From contig CANQMW010000015.1 of NCBI GenBank assembly GCA_947625045.1, positions 1,429-65,428 of the forward strand: DNA of 64,000 nucleotides. The letters run 5' to 3'. The DNA comes from an uncultured Oscillospiraceae bacterium. Its GTDB lineage: Bacteria > Bacillota > Clostridia > Oscillospirales > Oscillospiraceae. The stretch's first letter is position 1, and each line of letters begins with the position of its first letter. Position numbers and translations under genes: made by a program. This document shows, in pieces, positions 27,222 through 37,364 of the stretch. Below the pieces are notes generated by a model, which had not been told where the DNA came from, did not search any database, and saw nothing but the letters and a program-made list of their open reading frames with translations.

Positions 27222-29945
27222 TTATGCATTTCCTTTTGCCCGTCTCCGTTTTTCCAGCGCGAACATGACGCCGACGGCGCACAGGCTCAGGGCCGTTATG
27301 CCTATGCCCAGCTTCAGGCCGGGGGAGCAGTAGTGGAATTCGATGTCATGGTGTCCCGCCGTCAGAGGCAGGCACATGAACATATAGTTGCCCCGGAGTA
27401 TCTCAACTTCCTCTCCGTCCACCGTGGCGGTCCAGCCCTTGCTGTAGGGCACGCTGACGCACAGGACCTTGTCCCCGGACAGGTCCACCGTGCCGGTCAG
27501 TTCATTGGTCCCCCAGTGGATGTTCTCCATGGGCTCCGCCCGCAGGGCCTCCACCTGCTCGGGATAATTGTCCATGGGCAGGGCGTAGAGTTCAATATCG
27601 TCAAGTTTGTATGTGCCCGTCTCCTGGAAGGTGATGGTCAGCTCGTGCCGCGCCTCGCCGCTGTAGCCCAGGTTGATCAAGTAGTTCTCCCGGCCGTCAA
27701 ACATGAAGTACGTCTCCGGCACGAATCTGCTCAGCTTCGATATATCGCCGGATTCATTCTTCAGATAAACATGCCGCATAACGCCGTCATAAGCTTCGTT
27801 TCCCAGCGGGACGATACCCTTCAGCCGGACGTAGCCCTCCGTTCCGGGCTCCATGTCGAACTGTAATGTCACCGTGGCTTTGGCCTTGGTGACCACGAGC
27901 TCTCCGTCCTCCCAGGTGCAGTTCTTATACTTGGCCTCATAGGGCAGGCGCTCTTCGTCAAAGGTCAAGCTCTCAGCATCCAATCGCGCCGGGCCCTTCC
28001 CTTCCTCCAGGGCCACCGCCTGGAGCATGGCCTGCTGCTTCTTCAGGCCGTTCATGGCGTCCAGGTCGTCATAGGAGATGACGGTGTCGTAGGTGTATCC
28101 CCAAGGCAGGGCATACTGGTTTTCAAAGATGATATTGCCTTTTTCGGTCGTCTCAATGGCCTCATAGCCAAAGGGGACGTAGGCCGCTTTTTTCTCCGTC
28201 TCCACCTGGTACTTGGTGGAGAGCAGGGTGTTGACCGCCGTGCGCTGGTCCGTCCTCCACACTCTGGTAGGCATGTCGTTTCCGGCGGCCTCGACCTGCC
28301 CCCAGAAGTCGATCACGTTTCCGTTGACCATGGAGCTGTAGTACAGCGGCGTAGGAATATGCCACAGGAGATCCGTACCCATCTCAAATGTGCTTCCGTC
28401 GCCCCTGCCATCCGGATCGCCCAGCAGATAGGGCTCCAGCTCCCGCTCCGTCGCATTTTCCAAGAGGGGTACCGCGCCGCCGAAGTCAACAAGGTTTTTC
28501 ATGTAGTTGCCTTTATCGGCCGCATCCTTATATATTCTGTTGACCCCTACGTTGACCGCTACCAGGAGCAGGCAGGCCAGCGCCCGGCCATTGGCGCCGC
28601 GCCGCCCCTTTTCCTCTGAAAACAGTGTCAGCACGATCACGGTCAGGGCCAGGAAGACCGCCCCCACCGGCAGATAGTTGATCCCTCTGGTGGCCGTGGG
28701 GAGCAGGACGGCAGCCGTATACACGCAGAGGATCAAAAGGCATATCCACTTCTGCCTCCTGGACAGCTCCAGCAGCTCCGGCAGCATCTCCACCACTGTG
28801 TACGCCACGACCAGGGCCACCCCAAATGCAAAACGGTTGTTGGGGTATTGGAACCCGTTCATAATCGTAGCGATCGCGCTGCTGAACAGACTGAATACCG
28901 CAATGGCGGAGAGGATCTTGAGCGTCCGCCGTTTTTTGGAGCACAGCAGCAGTACGAAGGCCGGCAGCGCGATGACCGCGAACGACATATTTCCCGCGTT
29001 GCCGATCGATAAACTGAAAGGTGGTGCGATAAATCTTAGAGCCGCGCTCACGATATCGATCAGGTTATAATGCCCCTGATAATGGCTGAACCCGCTCCTG
29101 CCGGAAGACAGGAACATGAGGGCCGCCGGGAGAAAGACCGCCGCCGAGAGGCCTACGCCCAGGAGGAAGGCTCCCGCGCTCCGTCCCACCGCGGAGAGAA
29201 ACTCCCGCCAGCGTTTTTCGTGGTAGATATCGAAAAACCGCACCAGGGCGTACAAAGCGATCATGATTGCCAGCATATACAGGATGTAGTAGCTGCACAG
29301 CGCCCCGTACATCGTGGAGAAGACGAGTAGATAGGGCCGTTTTTTGCAGAGCGTCTTGTCGACCCCCACGATCATCAGCGGCAGGATGATCATGGCGCTC
29401 ATAAGCCACGGATGGCTCAAGACGAAGAACGCATACCCGGAAAAGATATAGACCAGACTGCCGATCAGCGCGTGGAGAGCCCGCTTGTGAAAGTAGCCGC
29501 ACAGATAGGAAAAGGCAAGCCCCGTCAGATATATATGAAGCACCAATATAAAGGTATAGGTGAACTCCGCATATCTGGTTGGCACGAAGGCCTGCAGGAT
29601 ATAGAGTGGATCAAATGCACCCCAGGGGAGCAGCGACCCGATGATATCGCTGCCCTCGCCGAAGCTGATATCAAAAAGCGGGACGCCATCCCCACTGAGC
29701 AGGCTTGACGCCGCCTGCCGCAGATACCGCCCCATATAGGCCAGATACGGCAGATGCAGCCTCTTGCCATCCGTATTGTTTACAAATGCCTTGCCTCCCA
29801 GCAGAAGCGGGCTGTAGGCAATTAAAAACGCTATCAAAAAGACCAGGGTATACACGCCGATATACATGAATACCCGCTTCTTTTTCGACGCTCTGCTCCA
29901 GCGGAAAAAGAACCGGTCCCACGGCCGTGCGGCTAGACGTCTCAT
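27222..29945 (-). CDS. YfhO family membrane protein (extracytoplasmic glycopolymer glycosyltransferase-like)
   Basis: Start MRRLAARPWD at 29945 has an ATGA overlap with the upstream stop. About 907 aa, with many N-terminal TM helices, a large extracytoplasmic C-domain and a terminal TM. Confidence 0.7.
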   Translation of the reverse strand: MRRLAARPWDRFFFRWSRASKKKRVFMYIGVYTLVFLIAFLIAYSPLLLGGKAFVNNTDGKRLHLPYLAYMGRYLRQAASSLLSGDGVPLFDISFGEGSDIIGSLLPWGAFDPLYILQAFVPTRYAEFTYTFILVLHIYLTGLAFSYLCGYFHKRALHALIGSLVYIFSGYAFFVLSHPWLMSAMIILPLMIVGVDKTLCKKRPYLLVFSTMYGALCSYYILYMLAIMIALYALVRFFDIYHEKRWREFLSAVGRSAGAFLLGVGLSAAVFLPAALMFLSSGRSGFSHYQGHYNLIDIVSAALRFIAPPFSLSIGNAGNMSFAVIALPAFVLLLCSKKRRTLKILSAIAVFSLFSSAIATIMNGFQYPNNRFAFGVALVVAYTVVEMLPELLELSRRQKWICLLILCVYTAAVLLPTATRGINYLPVGAVFLALTVIVLTLFSEEKGRRGANGRALACLLLVAVNVGVNRIYKDAADKGNYMKNLVDFGGAVPLLENATERELEPYLLGDPDGRGDGSTFEMGTDLLWHIPTPLYYSSMVNGNVIDFWGQVEAAGNDMPTRVWRTDQRTAVNTLLSTKYQVETEKKAAYVPFGYEAIETTEKGNIIFENQYALPWGYTYDTVISYDDLDAMNGLKKQQAMLQAVALEEGKGPARLDAESLTFDEERLPYEAKYKNCTWEDGELVVTKAKATVTLQFDMEPGTEGYVRLKGIVPLGNEAYDGVMRHVYLKNESGDISKLSRFVPETYFMFDGRENYLINLGYSGEARHELTITFQETGTYKLDDIELYALPMDNYPEQVEALRAEPMENIHWGTNELTGTVDLSGDKVLCVSVPYSKGWTATVDGEEVEILRGNYMFMCLPLTAGHHDIEFHYCSPGLKLGIGITALSLCAVGVMFALEKRRRAKGNA

Positions 29946-31138
29946 CCGTTCTCTCCTTCTTCTCCCCGCTCTTCCTGTTCCGGCAGCGGGCTTGCTTCGT
30001 CCTGCTCCCCGTGCATGTGCAGGTCCGTCCCTTTCAGCGTCCGGTACACCCGCTTGGCCCAGGACTTCGTGGGGCTCAGGGCGGTCTTGTACGCATCCCG
30101 CTCCGACCTTTTGAACATGCTCAGCGGCGTATGCTCCCCGGTGAGCCGGTCCATCACGCCCTGATAGGCCGGCGAGGGCGAGCCCAGCGTCACGGTCGGG
30201 TCGTTCAGCGTCTTTTCCAGGCTCATTTTGAGGCACTCCTTCAGGTCGCCGAACACGAACTCCTCCCCGCACAGCTCGTTGAGCTTGGCCGTGGAGAAGC
30301 ACCGGTCATAGAACCGGTCCCGGGCGATGGGGTCATACTGGCTGGGGATGTCCCGCCAGATCAGGGAGGCGTCCGGCAGCAGATACAGCTTCATCACCTC
30401 GCCCCGCAGCTCATACAGCACCTGCTGGTAGGTCTCCACCGCCTCGGCCCAGGTCATCCACTTGTTGGACGCGATGTTCACGATCTGCCCGTAGGCCTTG
30501 GGGTTGCCCACCATCTTCCCGATGGCCCGCGCCGCGTCCCCGCCGTAGGTCAGCGAGCACTTCTTGTCCATCACCTGCTGGGGCAGGACGATCGTCCTGC
30601 CGTGCAGATACCGCCACATCCACACGCTCAGCGGCACGGTGACCAAGGGGTTTTTCCGGGCGTTATAGGTGACCCAGGGGCGGATGATCGTCCAGTTGCC
30701 CCCCTCCGACGCCATGATCAGGTCGTCGTCCTTCGACTTTTTGATGTGGTAGCGGCCGCCCTGCCGGCGCTCCTCGGTGCTGTAGGCGTCATAGAGCCTC
30801 GGCGTCTCCTCCGTGATGAGGCCGTCCACGGGCGCGTACTCCGAGGATGTGCCCATGGTGATGTACTGGCCGCAGTTGGCATAGATATGCTTCAGCCGCT
30901 TTCTCAGCACCTTGGGCGGCCAGATGATAAAGTCCACGACCACGTCATACCTTTTCCGGATGAGCTCATGGAAAAAGGCGTCGCTCTTGATATTGCCCCG
31001 GATGTAAAACACATTGCTCTCCCGGGAAAAATGCTCGTGCCGGGAGACGATGTAAACGCTGTTGTCTTTGTCCTCGCTCAGGTATTTCGTCAGGGGGCTC
31101 CCCATGGCACCGGTGCCGCCGATGATAAGAATCTTCAT
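29942..31138 (-). CDS. NAD(P)-dependent epimerase/dehydratase/reductase (SDR) family protein with C-terminal extension
   Basis: MKILIIGGTGAMGSPL is a Rossmann GxxGxxG motif. ATGA overlap with the upstream HAD gene. Confidence 0.7.
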   Translation of the reverse strand: MKILIIGGTGAMGSPLTKYLSEDKDNSVYIVSRHEHFSRESNVFYIRGNIKSDAFFHELIRKRYDVVVDFIIWPPKVLRKRLKHIYANCGQYITMGTSSEYAPVDGLITEETPRLYDAYSTEERRQGGRYHIKKSKDDDLIMASEGGNWTIIRPWVTYNARKNPLVTVPLSVWMWRYLHGRTIVLPQQVMDKKCSLTYGGDAARAIGKMVGNPKAYGQIVNIASNKWMTWAEAVETYQQVLYELRGEVMKLYLLPDASLIWRDIPSQYDPIARDRFYDRCFSTAKLNELCGEEFVFGDLKECLKMSLEKTLNDPTVTLGSPSPAYQGVMDRLTGEHTPLSMFKRSERDAYKTALSPTKSWAKRVYRTLKGTDLHMHGEQDEASPLPEQEERGEEGENG

Positions 31139-31830
31139 TTCCGCTGTCCTCTCTCTGTTCCGCTGTAATATTGAAAGCCCCGGCCGTTCCACGCCGCCAG
31201 GGCGTCTTCCCTTATGGCCTGGAGCACTGTCTCCAGGCCCGCCGGCTTTTCAAGCAAAACGCCGTCCCCGCCCAGTTCAAGCAGCGGCCGGATATCCGAC
31301 TCATACCGGTCGCCGGCGGACAGCGCCGCCCCGGCCGGGACGCCGTATCGCTCAAGGAGCATCCCCACGGCGTCCCGCTTGCTGAACGGCCCCGCCCCGG
31401 CATACGCCGTCGGGCAGACGATATCGTCGAAAAGCGCGCCGTCGATGCCCAGCCACGCCAGCGTATCCTGTATATTTTTGCGCGTATTGCTCGACAGGAG
31501 CACCAGCGGCGCGAGGGCCGCGAAGCCCCGGAGCGTCTCATTGGAGACGGCCTTCTCCCTGTCGATGTGCGCCGGCGACGTGTGCGCGTCGCAGTACGCC
31601 GTCCAGGCCGCCGGGTCGATGCCGCTGCGCAGGAAGAACTCCGTGGCCGAGCGGGCTTTTTCCGACTTGTAGGGGAGGATGCCCTCCCAGGCGAAGATGC
31701 GTTCCGTCTCCTCCCGCGTCAGGCCCTTTTCCGCCGCGAAGAAATCGGCCCGCATATCGTAATTGGCCCGGACCACGTCCTCCAGGTCATAGAACGTGCC
31801 GTCCACGTCAAAGAGTATCAGGCTATACAT
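31135..31830 (-). CDS. HAD family hydrolase/phosphatase
   Basis: MYSLILFDVDGTFYD (motif I) and GDRYESDI (motif IV). Confidence 0.75.
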   Translation of the reverse strand: MYSLILFDVDGTFYDLEDVVRANYDMRADFFAAEKGLTREETERIFAWEGILPYKSEKARSATEFFLRSGIDPAAWTAYCDAHTSPAHIDREKAVSNETLRGFAALAPLVLLSSNTRKNIQDTLAWLGIDGALFDDIVCPTAYAGAGPFSKRDAVGMLLERYGVPAGAALSAGDRYESDIRPLLELGGDGVLLEKPAGLETVLQAIREDALAAWNGRGFQYYSGTERGQRK

Positions 31831-33479
31831 CCTGTCCCTCCGTCATGGGCCGCAAGTATCGCCCGGAAGTCCGGCAGATCGGCCGGGTCGTTCATCCGCC
31901 TGCCGTCGCCGCCGAAGAATATGGAACGCACCGTGTCCAGACACCACCGGGCCAGCCTGTTGTTGTCCTCCTTCTGGAAGCAGTAGTCATTGGTCTTGTA
32001 AACGAAGAAGAAAAACAGCGCCGCCAGATATCTCTCCCCGTCCACATACTTCCTGAAGTAGTCGAACATCTCCCAAAACCGCTCTTCCGTATGGGCCTGG
32101 TCGTCCCGTATCTCGATCACGGGCTGGATGACGTACTCAAATTCCCGGGGCCCCACGGCGCCTCTGGGGTCTATCGCCCGGATGCTGTCGCCGTCCTTCA
32201 AAAGATTGCGCTTATGCAGGTCCCTGTGAAGGTAAAACAGCGGCGCGCCGTCAAAATAGGCGTGATACACCCGCCGGCATTTGTCCTCCAGTATCTTCCT
32301 GGTCTGGTAGGAAAAGGTGCGCCTGCTGGCGGAGTCCACATACTCCTCGAATTCCGACAGGACGTTGGGCAGCGCCGTGTCCCCGCAGAGCGCCGCCTCC
32401 GGGATAAGGGCGTCGTTCACGCTGTCAAAAAAGCTCCTGAGCGCGCTGTTTTCAGGGTCGAACCTGACCTGCAGGCCCGGTTTGACCGTTTTGAGGACCA
32501 GCATATGATAGCTCTCGTCATAGCCCAGCATCTCCGCCATGGTGTCCTTCGCCGCCAGCCGGTAATATGTGTACTCCTTGTGGAAGAAGAATTCCGACGG
32601 CGTGAACTTGACGATGATGCTGCCGTAGGCGCTGGACTGCGCCTCATACACGATGTTCGCTTCCGTCTGGAAGTTCATGGAATAGCTGGTGATGCCGTAC
32701 AGCGGCGCCACTTCCTCGTGCATGATGTTCTGCACGTTTCTGATCCACTGCGCCACGTTCCCGTTCTGGCTGCTGGCGGAGAGATACTTGTTTATGACCT
32801 GCAGCGCCTTTTCCTTTTCCGGCCCCCGGATGATCTTCTCATACAGCGCCTCCAGGAGGGGGATATCATGGGAATAGGTGACCTTCATCGTGTAGGGGTA
32901 ATCGAAGCAGAAATACCCCTTGGCGTCGGCCGGCATGTTATGGAATATGTACTTTTTCAGATGCCCGAAGTCATAGGACGCATACAGCAGCGGGAACCGG
33001 TAGGCGTCCGGCTCCATGACGTTGAAAAAGTCATCCCTGTCCACCCTCGTCCCGTCGAAACGGTGCAGCGCGGGCGCCAGCTTCCATGTCGTCAGCACAT
33101 AGTCGTATTCGTCCAGCAGCCCGAAATACTTGTCATACTGCTCCGTCGTGGCCAGCGGACAGACCGCGTTGGTGACGATGAGCTTTTCGCACGCATAGTT
33201 TTCATGAATATACCTGACGCCGTTGGCGACGGACTCAGGCCGGGAGCTGCCGCCCTGCACCGCCGGCGTATGATAGCGCTCTCTCAGCTCCTCCACATAG
33301 TTCCCCGACGCGACGATCACGATCTCGTCCGCGAAAACAGACTTCCTGCAGGCGTCGAATACATAGTCGATAACAGGCCGCCCATTCATATAGGTATACT
33401 GCTTGGGGCAGTCGGCGCCGAAGCGGGAGCCGATCCCCGCCGACATGATCATGATGATGTTCCTGCCGTGTTTTTTCAT
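31818..33479 (-). CDS. Fusion: IspD/TarI-like cytidylyltransferase plus APH/choline-kinase-like phosphotransferase
   Basis: The N-terminal IMSAGIGSRFGADCPKQY is the IspD signature. The C-terminal half has LHRDLHKRNLL (HxDxxxxN catalytic loop) and AIDPRG. Confidence 0.7.
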   Translation of the reverse strand: MKKHGRNIIMIMSAGIGSRFGADCPKQYTYMNGRPVIDYVFDACRKSVFADEIVIVASGNYVEELRERYHTPAVQGGSSRPESVANGVRYIHENYACEKLIVTNAVCPLATTEQYDKYFGLLDEYDYVLTTWKLAPALHRFDGTRVDRDDFFNVMEPDAYRFPLLYASYDFGHLKKYIFHNMPADAKGYFCFDYPYTMKVTYSHDIPLLEALYEKIIRGPEKEKALQVINKYLSASSQNGNVAQWIRNVQNIMHEEVAPLYGITSYSMNFQTEANIVYEAQSSAYGSIIVKFTPSEFFFHKEYTYYRLAAKDTMAEMLGYDESYHMLVLKTVKPGLQVRFDPENSALRSFFDSVNDALIPEAALCGDTALPNVLSEFEEYVDSASRRTFSYQTRKILEDKCRRVYHAYFDGAPLFYLHRDLHKRNLLKDGDSIRAIDPRGAVGPREFEYVIQPVIEIRDDQAHTEERFWEMFDYFRKYVDGERYLAALFFFFVYKTNDYCFQKEDNNRLARWCLDTVRSIFFGGDGRRMNDPADLPDFRAILAAHDGGTGCIA

Positions 33480-34945
33480 AAGGAGTCCGTCCCTCCCGTG
33501 GGAAGGACGCCCGTCATCCGGTCCATTCGCCCGTAGTAGTCCTTCTTCAAAAACGCGATGATCCGCTCGCCGCTCTTCCCGTCATGCTTCATGTGCTCCC
33601 GGACATATTTCACCCGCTCTTCCCGCTTGGGGTCCTGCCCCGCCAGCAGCGACTCCAGCTGCGAGATCAGTCCCTGTTTGTTCCGCACCGGATACATGTG
33701 ACGCGCCCACTGCTTGGCATCGGTATCAAAGTGCCACATGACCCCGCAGAAGATGATCGGCTTACCGGTAATAAATTCCTCGACCAGGAGCGACGTCGTA
33801 TCAGAAATAAAAACATCCGCCTCTTCAAAAGAGGGAAGATAGTCGCTATACTCGTCCAAATGTAAATTGTCCGTCTCTTCAAACAGTTTTTTGAATGCCG
33901 CGACATCATCCTCGGTCATCTCACCGGTCGCTATAAAATTGCCAAACATTTTAGGATGAGGACGGCATATCAGCTTATATTCCGGGTGATGGAGGAAGAA
34001 ATCGATCAAGGTATCCTTATACTTGAAAAAAGTACTTGCCTCCAGCCTTCCCTCCGTCAGCCACCGGGGAAGCCAAAGGACTGTCGGCTTTTCTTTGTTT
34101 ACTGCTTTCGTCTCTGTCTCATACAGATCAAACCGCGGATATCCGACGAACTCGATCTTTTTCCATTTTGCGCCGTACAGATCATGGTAGATCTTTTTGA
34201 GCATGTTTTGATACATCTCATTCTCAGTAAAAACAGCATAGGTATAGTCGGTCAGATTTTCCCTGTACACGGCCCGGCTGTCCCAATTCATTTTGCAATA
34301 CGCGTAAGGGATATGGACGACTTTCGTATAGGTAGAGAGCACTTCAGAACGGTACTGCGGCGGAAGATAGTTTTGATTCGACCTGGAGATCACAACATAG
34401 TCTGGATGCAATGCCCGCAGATCAAACCACGTATCCGTTTCGGCGTCATATCCGTTGATCGTCTCAGGATAAAAGCTCTTGCAGTACTCGTACGCGACAT
34501 TTTCTTCGCCATATATATTTGCTGTTATATCCGAAACATGTTTACTTTTACCCGTCTGCATCACCTTCTCCGGCAGCGCCAACAGGGTAACGTCAAAATC
34601 AGCATCCTTTACAGCCGCACGGAAGGCTGACATGCAGGCATTCCATGCCGCATGAAACTGGCAGATGAATACAATAGATACTTTTTTATCCCTATCTTTC
34701 TCCTTGTCGATCTTATCAACATACCAAAACATGCGGTTGCTTACTGCCGTGCGCATTCTCCTGTACGCAGGACGACGCCTGCACTTGAGTTCTTTCTCGT
34801 ATGCAAGCGTGGTAAATCTGCGGAAATAATGATTATTGATAAATGCGCTGACCTTTGCTCTTAGCCTTTTGATAGGTTTCCTTATAAACTTGTCAAAACA
34901 CCGTTTCAACGGAAGAACGATATGGTTCTTTATAAGCGCTTTCAA
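33476..34945 (-). CDS. CDP-glycerol/alditol-phosphate glycerophosphotransferase (TagB/TagF/TarL family), paralog 1
   Basis: 489 aa. VLWLPRW, ICRPHP and ISDTSSLLVEF blocks are present. The probable TTG start overlaps the upstream stop (TTGA). Confidence 0.75.
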   Translation of the reverse strand: MKALIKNHIVLPLKRCFDKFIRKPIKRLRAKVSAFINNHYFRRFTTLAYEKELKCRRRPAYRRMRTAVSNRMFWYVDKIDKEKDRDKKVSIVFICQFHAAWNACMSAFRAAVKDADFDVTLLALPEKVMQTGKSKHVSDITANIYGEENVAYEYCKSFYPETINGYDAETDTWFDLRALHPDYVVISRSNQNYLPPQYRSEVLSTYTKVVHIPYAYCKMNWDSRAVYRENLTDYTYAVFTENEMYQNMLKKIYHDLYGAKWKKIEFVGYPRFDLYETETKAVNKEKPTVLWLPRWLTEGRLEASTFFKYKDTLIDFFLHHPEYKLICRPHPKMFGNFIATGEMTEDDVAAFKKLFEETDNLHLDEYSDYLPSFEEADVFISDTTSLLVEEFITGKPIIFCGVMWHFDTDAKQWARHMYPVRNKQGLISQLESLLAGQDPKREERVKYVREHMKHDGKSGERIIAFLKKDYYGRMDRMTGVLPTGGTDSL

Positions 34946-36261
34946 GTGTTGGCCTCCTGTTTACTATTTAAATAATCTTTTTTGATATAATCGATAACCC
35001 TTTTTCCACTCATACCGTCAAAGTTTATCGAAGTATGTATATACGCGCCGCGGGCGGTCTTTTTGGGGTCGTCCCCCTCCAGCAGGCGGCAGAGACAGCT
35101 TTCTGCCTCATCCCAGCTCCCCGCCTGATACATCAGCCGGGCCCATTTCCGGGCCGCCCGGTCAAAATGGGATATCCTCCCGCAGTAAATGACCGGCTTT
35201 CCCGTGACAAAGGCCTCTATCAGCAGAGAGGACGTGTCGGACACGAAGATATCCGCCGCCGCGAACGCCGGCAGATAGTCGCCGGACTCGTCCAGCTCCA
35301 GCCCCGGCGTCTCGGAAAACAGCTTTCTGAACGCGGCCTCGTCCGCCGGGCTCATCTCGCCGGTGGATATGAAATTCTGGAACATCAGCGGGTGCGGCCG
35401 GCATATGAGCCGCGTCCCGGGATGGCCCCGGACGAACCGGACCAGCGCGTCCCTGTACCGGAAAAACGTGGACGGCTCCAGCAGGTCCCTGGTCGTCCAC
35501 CGGGGCAGCCACAGGATGGTCTTCTGCCCCGTATCCGGCGCCTTTTCCAGACCCTGGCACAGGTCCAGCCGCGGGTATCCCACGCATTGCACCTGCTTCC
35601 AGCCAGCTTTGAACATGCCCCGGAATATCCGTTCCACCATGGCCCGGTACGTCTCGTTTTCCGTGAACACGGCGTAGACGCTGTCCATGAAGTCGCAGCC
35701 GTACACCATCCTGCTGTCCCAGTTCATCTTGCAGTAGGAATAGGGGACATAGCATATCTTCGCGTAGGACGCGATGACCGCGCTGGCATAGCCCGGCTGC
35801 ACCTCTTTGTCATAGGGCCGGGACAGCACCACATAGTCCGGCGCCAGGCTCTCCAGGTCGAACCAGCGCCCCGACGACTCGTCATAGGCGTTGATCGTAT
35901 CCGGGTAAAACGCCCGGCAGAACTCATAGGCCAGGTTCTCCCCGAAGCCCTCCGCGGCCATGCCGTCCTTCGTCACCGCGCCGGCCGGGAGCGCCAGGAG
36001 GTATACCTCCAGCGCCGGGTCCTTCACCGCCGCCTCGAATACCGGCCTGCTGGCATTCCAATAGGCCGGAGAATAGCAGAAGAACGCCACCCGTATCCTC
36101 CGGCCGTCCCGGGGCCGCTGTTCGAGCCGGGCGACATGTTGGGCGGTCTGTGCCGCCCGGGCGATGTGCCGCCTCTTAAACCCCGGCTGCAGCATGCACC
36201 GCAGGCGTATCTCCCCGTCGTAGGGCACGAGCCGCCAGAAGATCCCCTTCAGTCTCTCCAT
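34942..36261 (-). CDS. TagB/TagF/TarL-family polyol-phosphate transferase, paralog 2
   Basis: 439 aa, colinear with paralog 1 (ILWLPRW, ICRPHP, VSDTSSLLIEAF). Confidence 0.75.
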   Translation of the reverse strand: MERLKGIFWRLVPYDGEIRLRCMLQPGFKRRHIARAAQTAQHVARLEQRPRDGRRIRVAFFCYSPAYWNASRPVFEAAVKDPALEVYLLALPAGAVTKDGMAAEGFGENLAYEFCRAFYPDTINAYDESSGRWFDLESLAPDYVVLSRPYDKEVQPGYASAVIASYAKICYVPYSYCKMNWDSRMVYGCDFMDSVYAVFTENETYRAMVERIFRGMFKAGWKQVQCVGYPRLDLCQGLEKAPDTGQKTILWLPRWTTRDLLEPSTFFRYRDALVRFVRGHPGTRLICRPHPLMFQNFISTGEMSPADEAAFRKLFSETPGLELDESGDYLPAFAAADIFVSDTSSLLIEAFVTGKPVIYCGRISHFDRAARKWARLMYQAGSWDEAESCLCRLLEGDDPKKTARGAYIHTSINFDGMSGKRVIDYIKKDYLNSKQEANT

Positions 36262-37364
36262 GAACGCCCATCCCCTCGCTCCGCTCCGTATCCCGCGGCG
36301 ACCTGCTCCGCCACGGCGGCCAGCTCAAAACCCGCCAGGGCCGCGGCGGCGCTCCCGGGCGCTCCCGAGAGGGCCGTTATCTCCGCCGCCCAGGTGCCCG
36401 CGTCCAGCGGCAGCAGCCTGCATCCGGCGACGCGGGCTTCCTCCGGCACATGCTCTGAGCAGACAACAGGCAGCCCCGCCGCCCGGGCCTCGATGACCGC
36501 GATGCCGAAGCCCTCAAAGAGGCTGGGGAACGCGAACGCGTCCATGGCCCAGTAGAGCCGCTCTATATGCTCCGAAACGCCGGCAAACAGCACCCGGTCC
36601 GCTATCCCCAGGCGCCGGGCCTTTTCCTCCAGCGCGGGCTTGTCCTCGCCCTCGCCCGCCAGCAGCAGAACAGCCTCCGGCTTATGCTTCACCGCCTCTG
36701 CCAGCACGTCCAGCAGGAAGCCCTGGTTCTTCTGGCAGCACAGCCGTCCCACATGGCCAATGACGAATCTTCCGTCCAGGCCCAGCTCCCGGCGCACCTC
36801 TTCCCGCGCCGCCGGGTCGAATCGGAATCTGTCCACATCTATCCCGTTGGGGATGAACTGAAAGCCACGTTTATCCAACTCATGAGCAGCAAACAGGAAC
36901 GCCGCCGCGTCCCCAGAGCAGGCCCAGAGGGCCGTTGCGTCCTTCGTATACCGCTCTCGCGCCCAGCTATGTATGGCCAGCTTTATTGGCCGGGTGGCAC
37001 TTTTCCGCAATGCCGTGTTGTGGCTATGGGCGATGCGCACCGGCACGCCTTCTTCCCTCGCGATGCGAAGGTAGGCAAGGGATAAGCCCTGAAAGGCGTT
37101 CAGGTGCAGCACGTCATAATGCCGCTCCCGCAGGAGCGCCCGGAACCGCCGGTGGTTCTCCCCTACATTTCGCATATTTCCGGACAGCTCATAAAACCGC
37201 ACGCCCCGGGCCTTGAGCCTGTCCGTGAACACACTGTCACAAAGCTGCGCCGCCGCGATATCCACTTCCAGCGCCGGCACATCCAGCCGCGTCAGCACGC
37301 TGCAGAGGAACGACTCTATCCCCCCGGACGCCCAGTTCTCGCACAGGCAGCATACCCGTCTCAT
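36249..37364 (-). CDS. GT4 (GT-B fold) glycosyltransferase
   Basis: The FPSLFEGFGIAVIEARAAGLPVVCS block contains the E-x7-E motif. The ATG directly follows the upstream stop (TGAATG). Confidence 0.8.
   Translation of the reverse strand: MRRVCCLCENWASGGIESFLCSVLTRLDVPALEVDIAAAQLCDSVFTDRLKARGVRFYELSGNMRNVGENHRRFRALLRERHYDVLHLNAFQGLSLAYLRIAREEGVPVRIAHSHNTALRKSATRPIKLAIHSWARERYTKDATALWACSGDAAAFLFAAHELDKRGFQFIPNGIDVDRFRFDPAAREEVRRELGLDGRFVIGHVGRLCCQKNQGFLLDVLAEAVKHKPEAVLLLAGEGEDKPALEEKARRLGIADRVLFAGVSEHIERLYWAMDAFAFPSLFEGFGIAVIEARAAGLPVVCSEHVPEEARVAGCRLLPLDAGTWAAEITALSGAPGSAAAALAGFELAAVAEQVAAGYGAERGDGRSWRD

Noticed and set aside
24927-36555. Several 400-560-aa plus-strand ORFs (24927..26510, 29927..31168, 31845..33536, 35035..36555) opposite the glycopolymer operon
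   Set aside because: All are Arg/Pro/Gly/His-rich antisense shadows without RBSs. The minus-strand genes show domain motifs and ATGA-type coupling.
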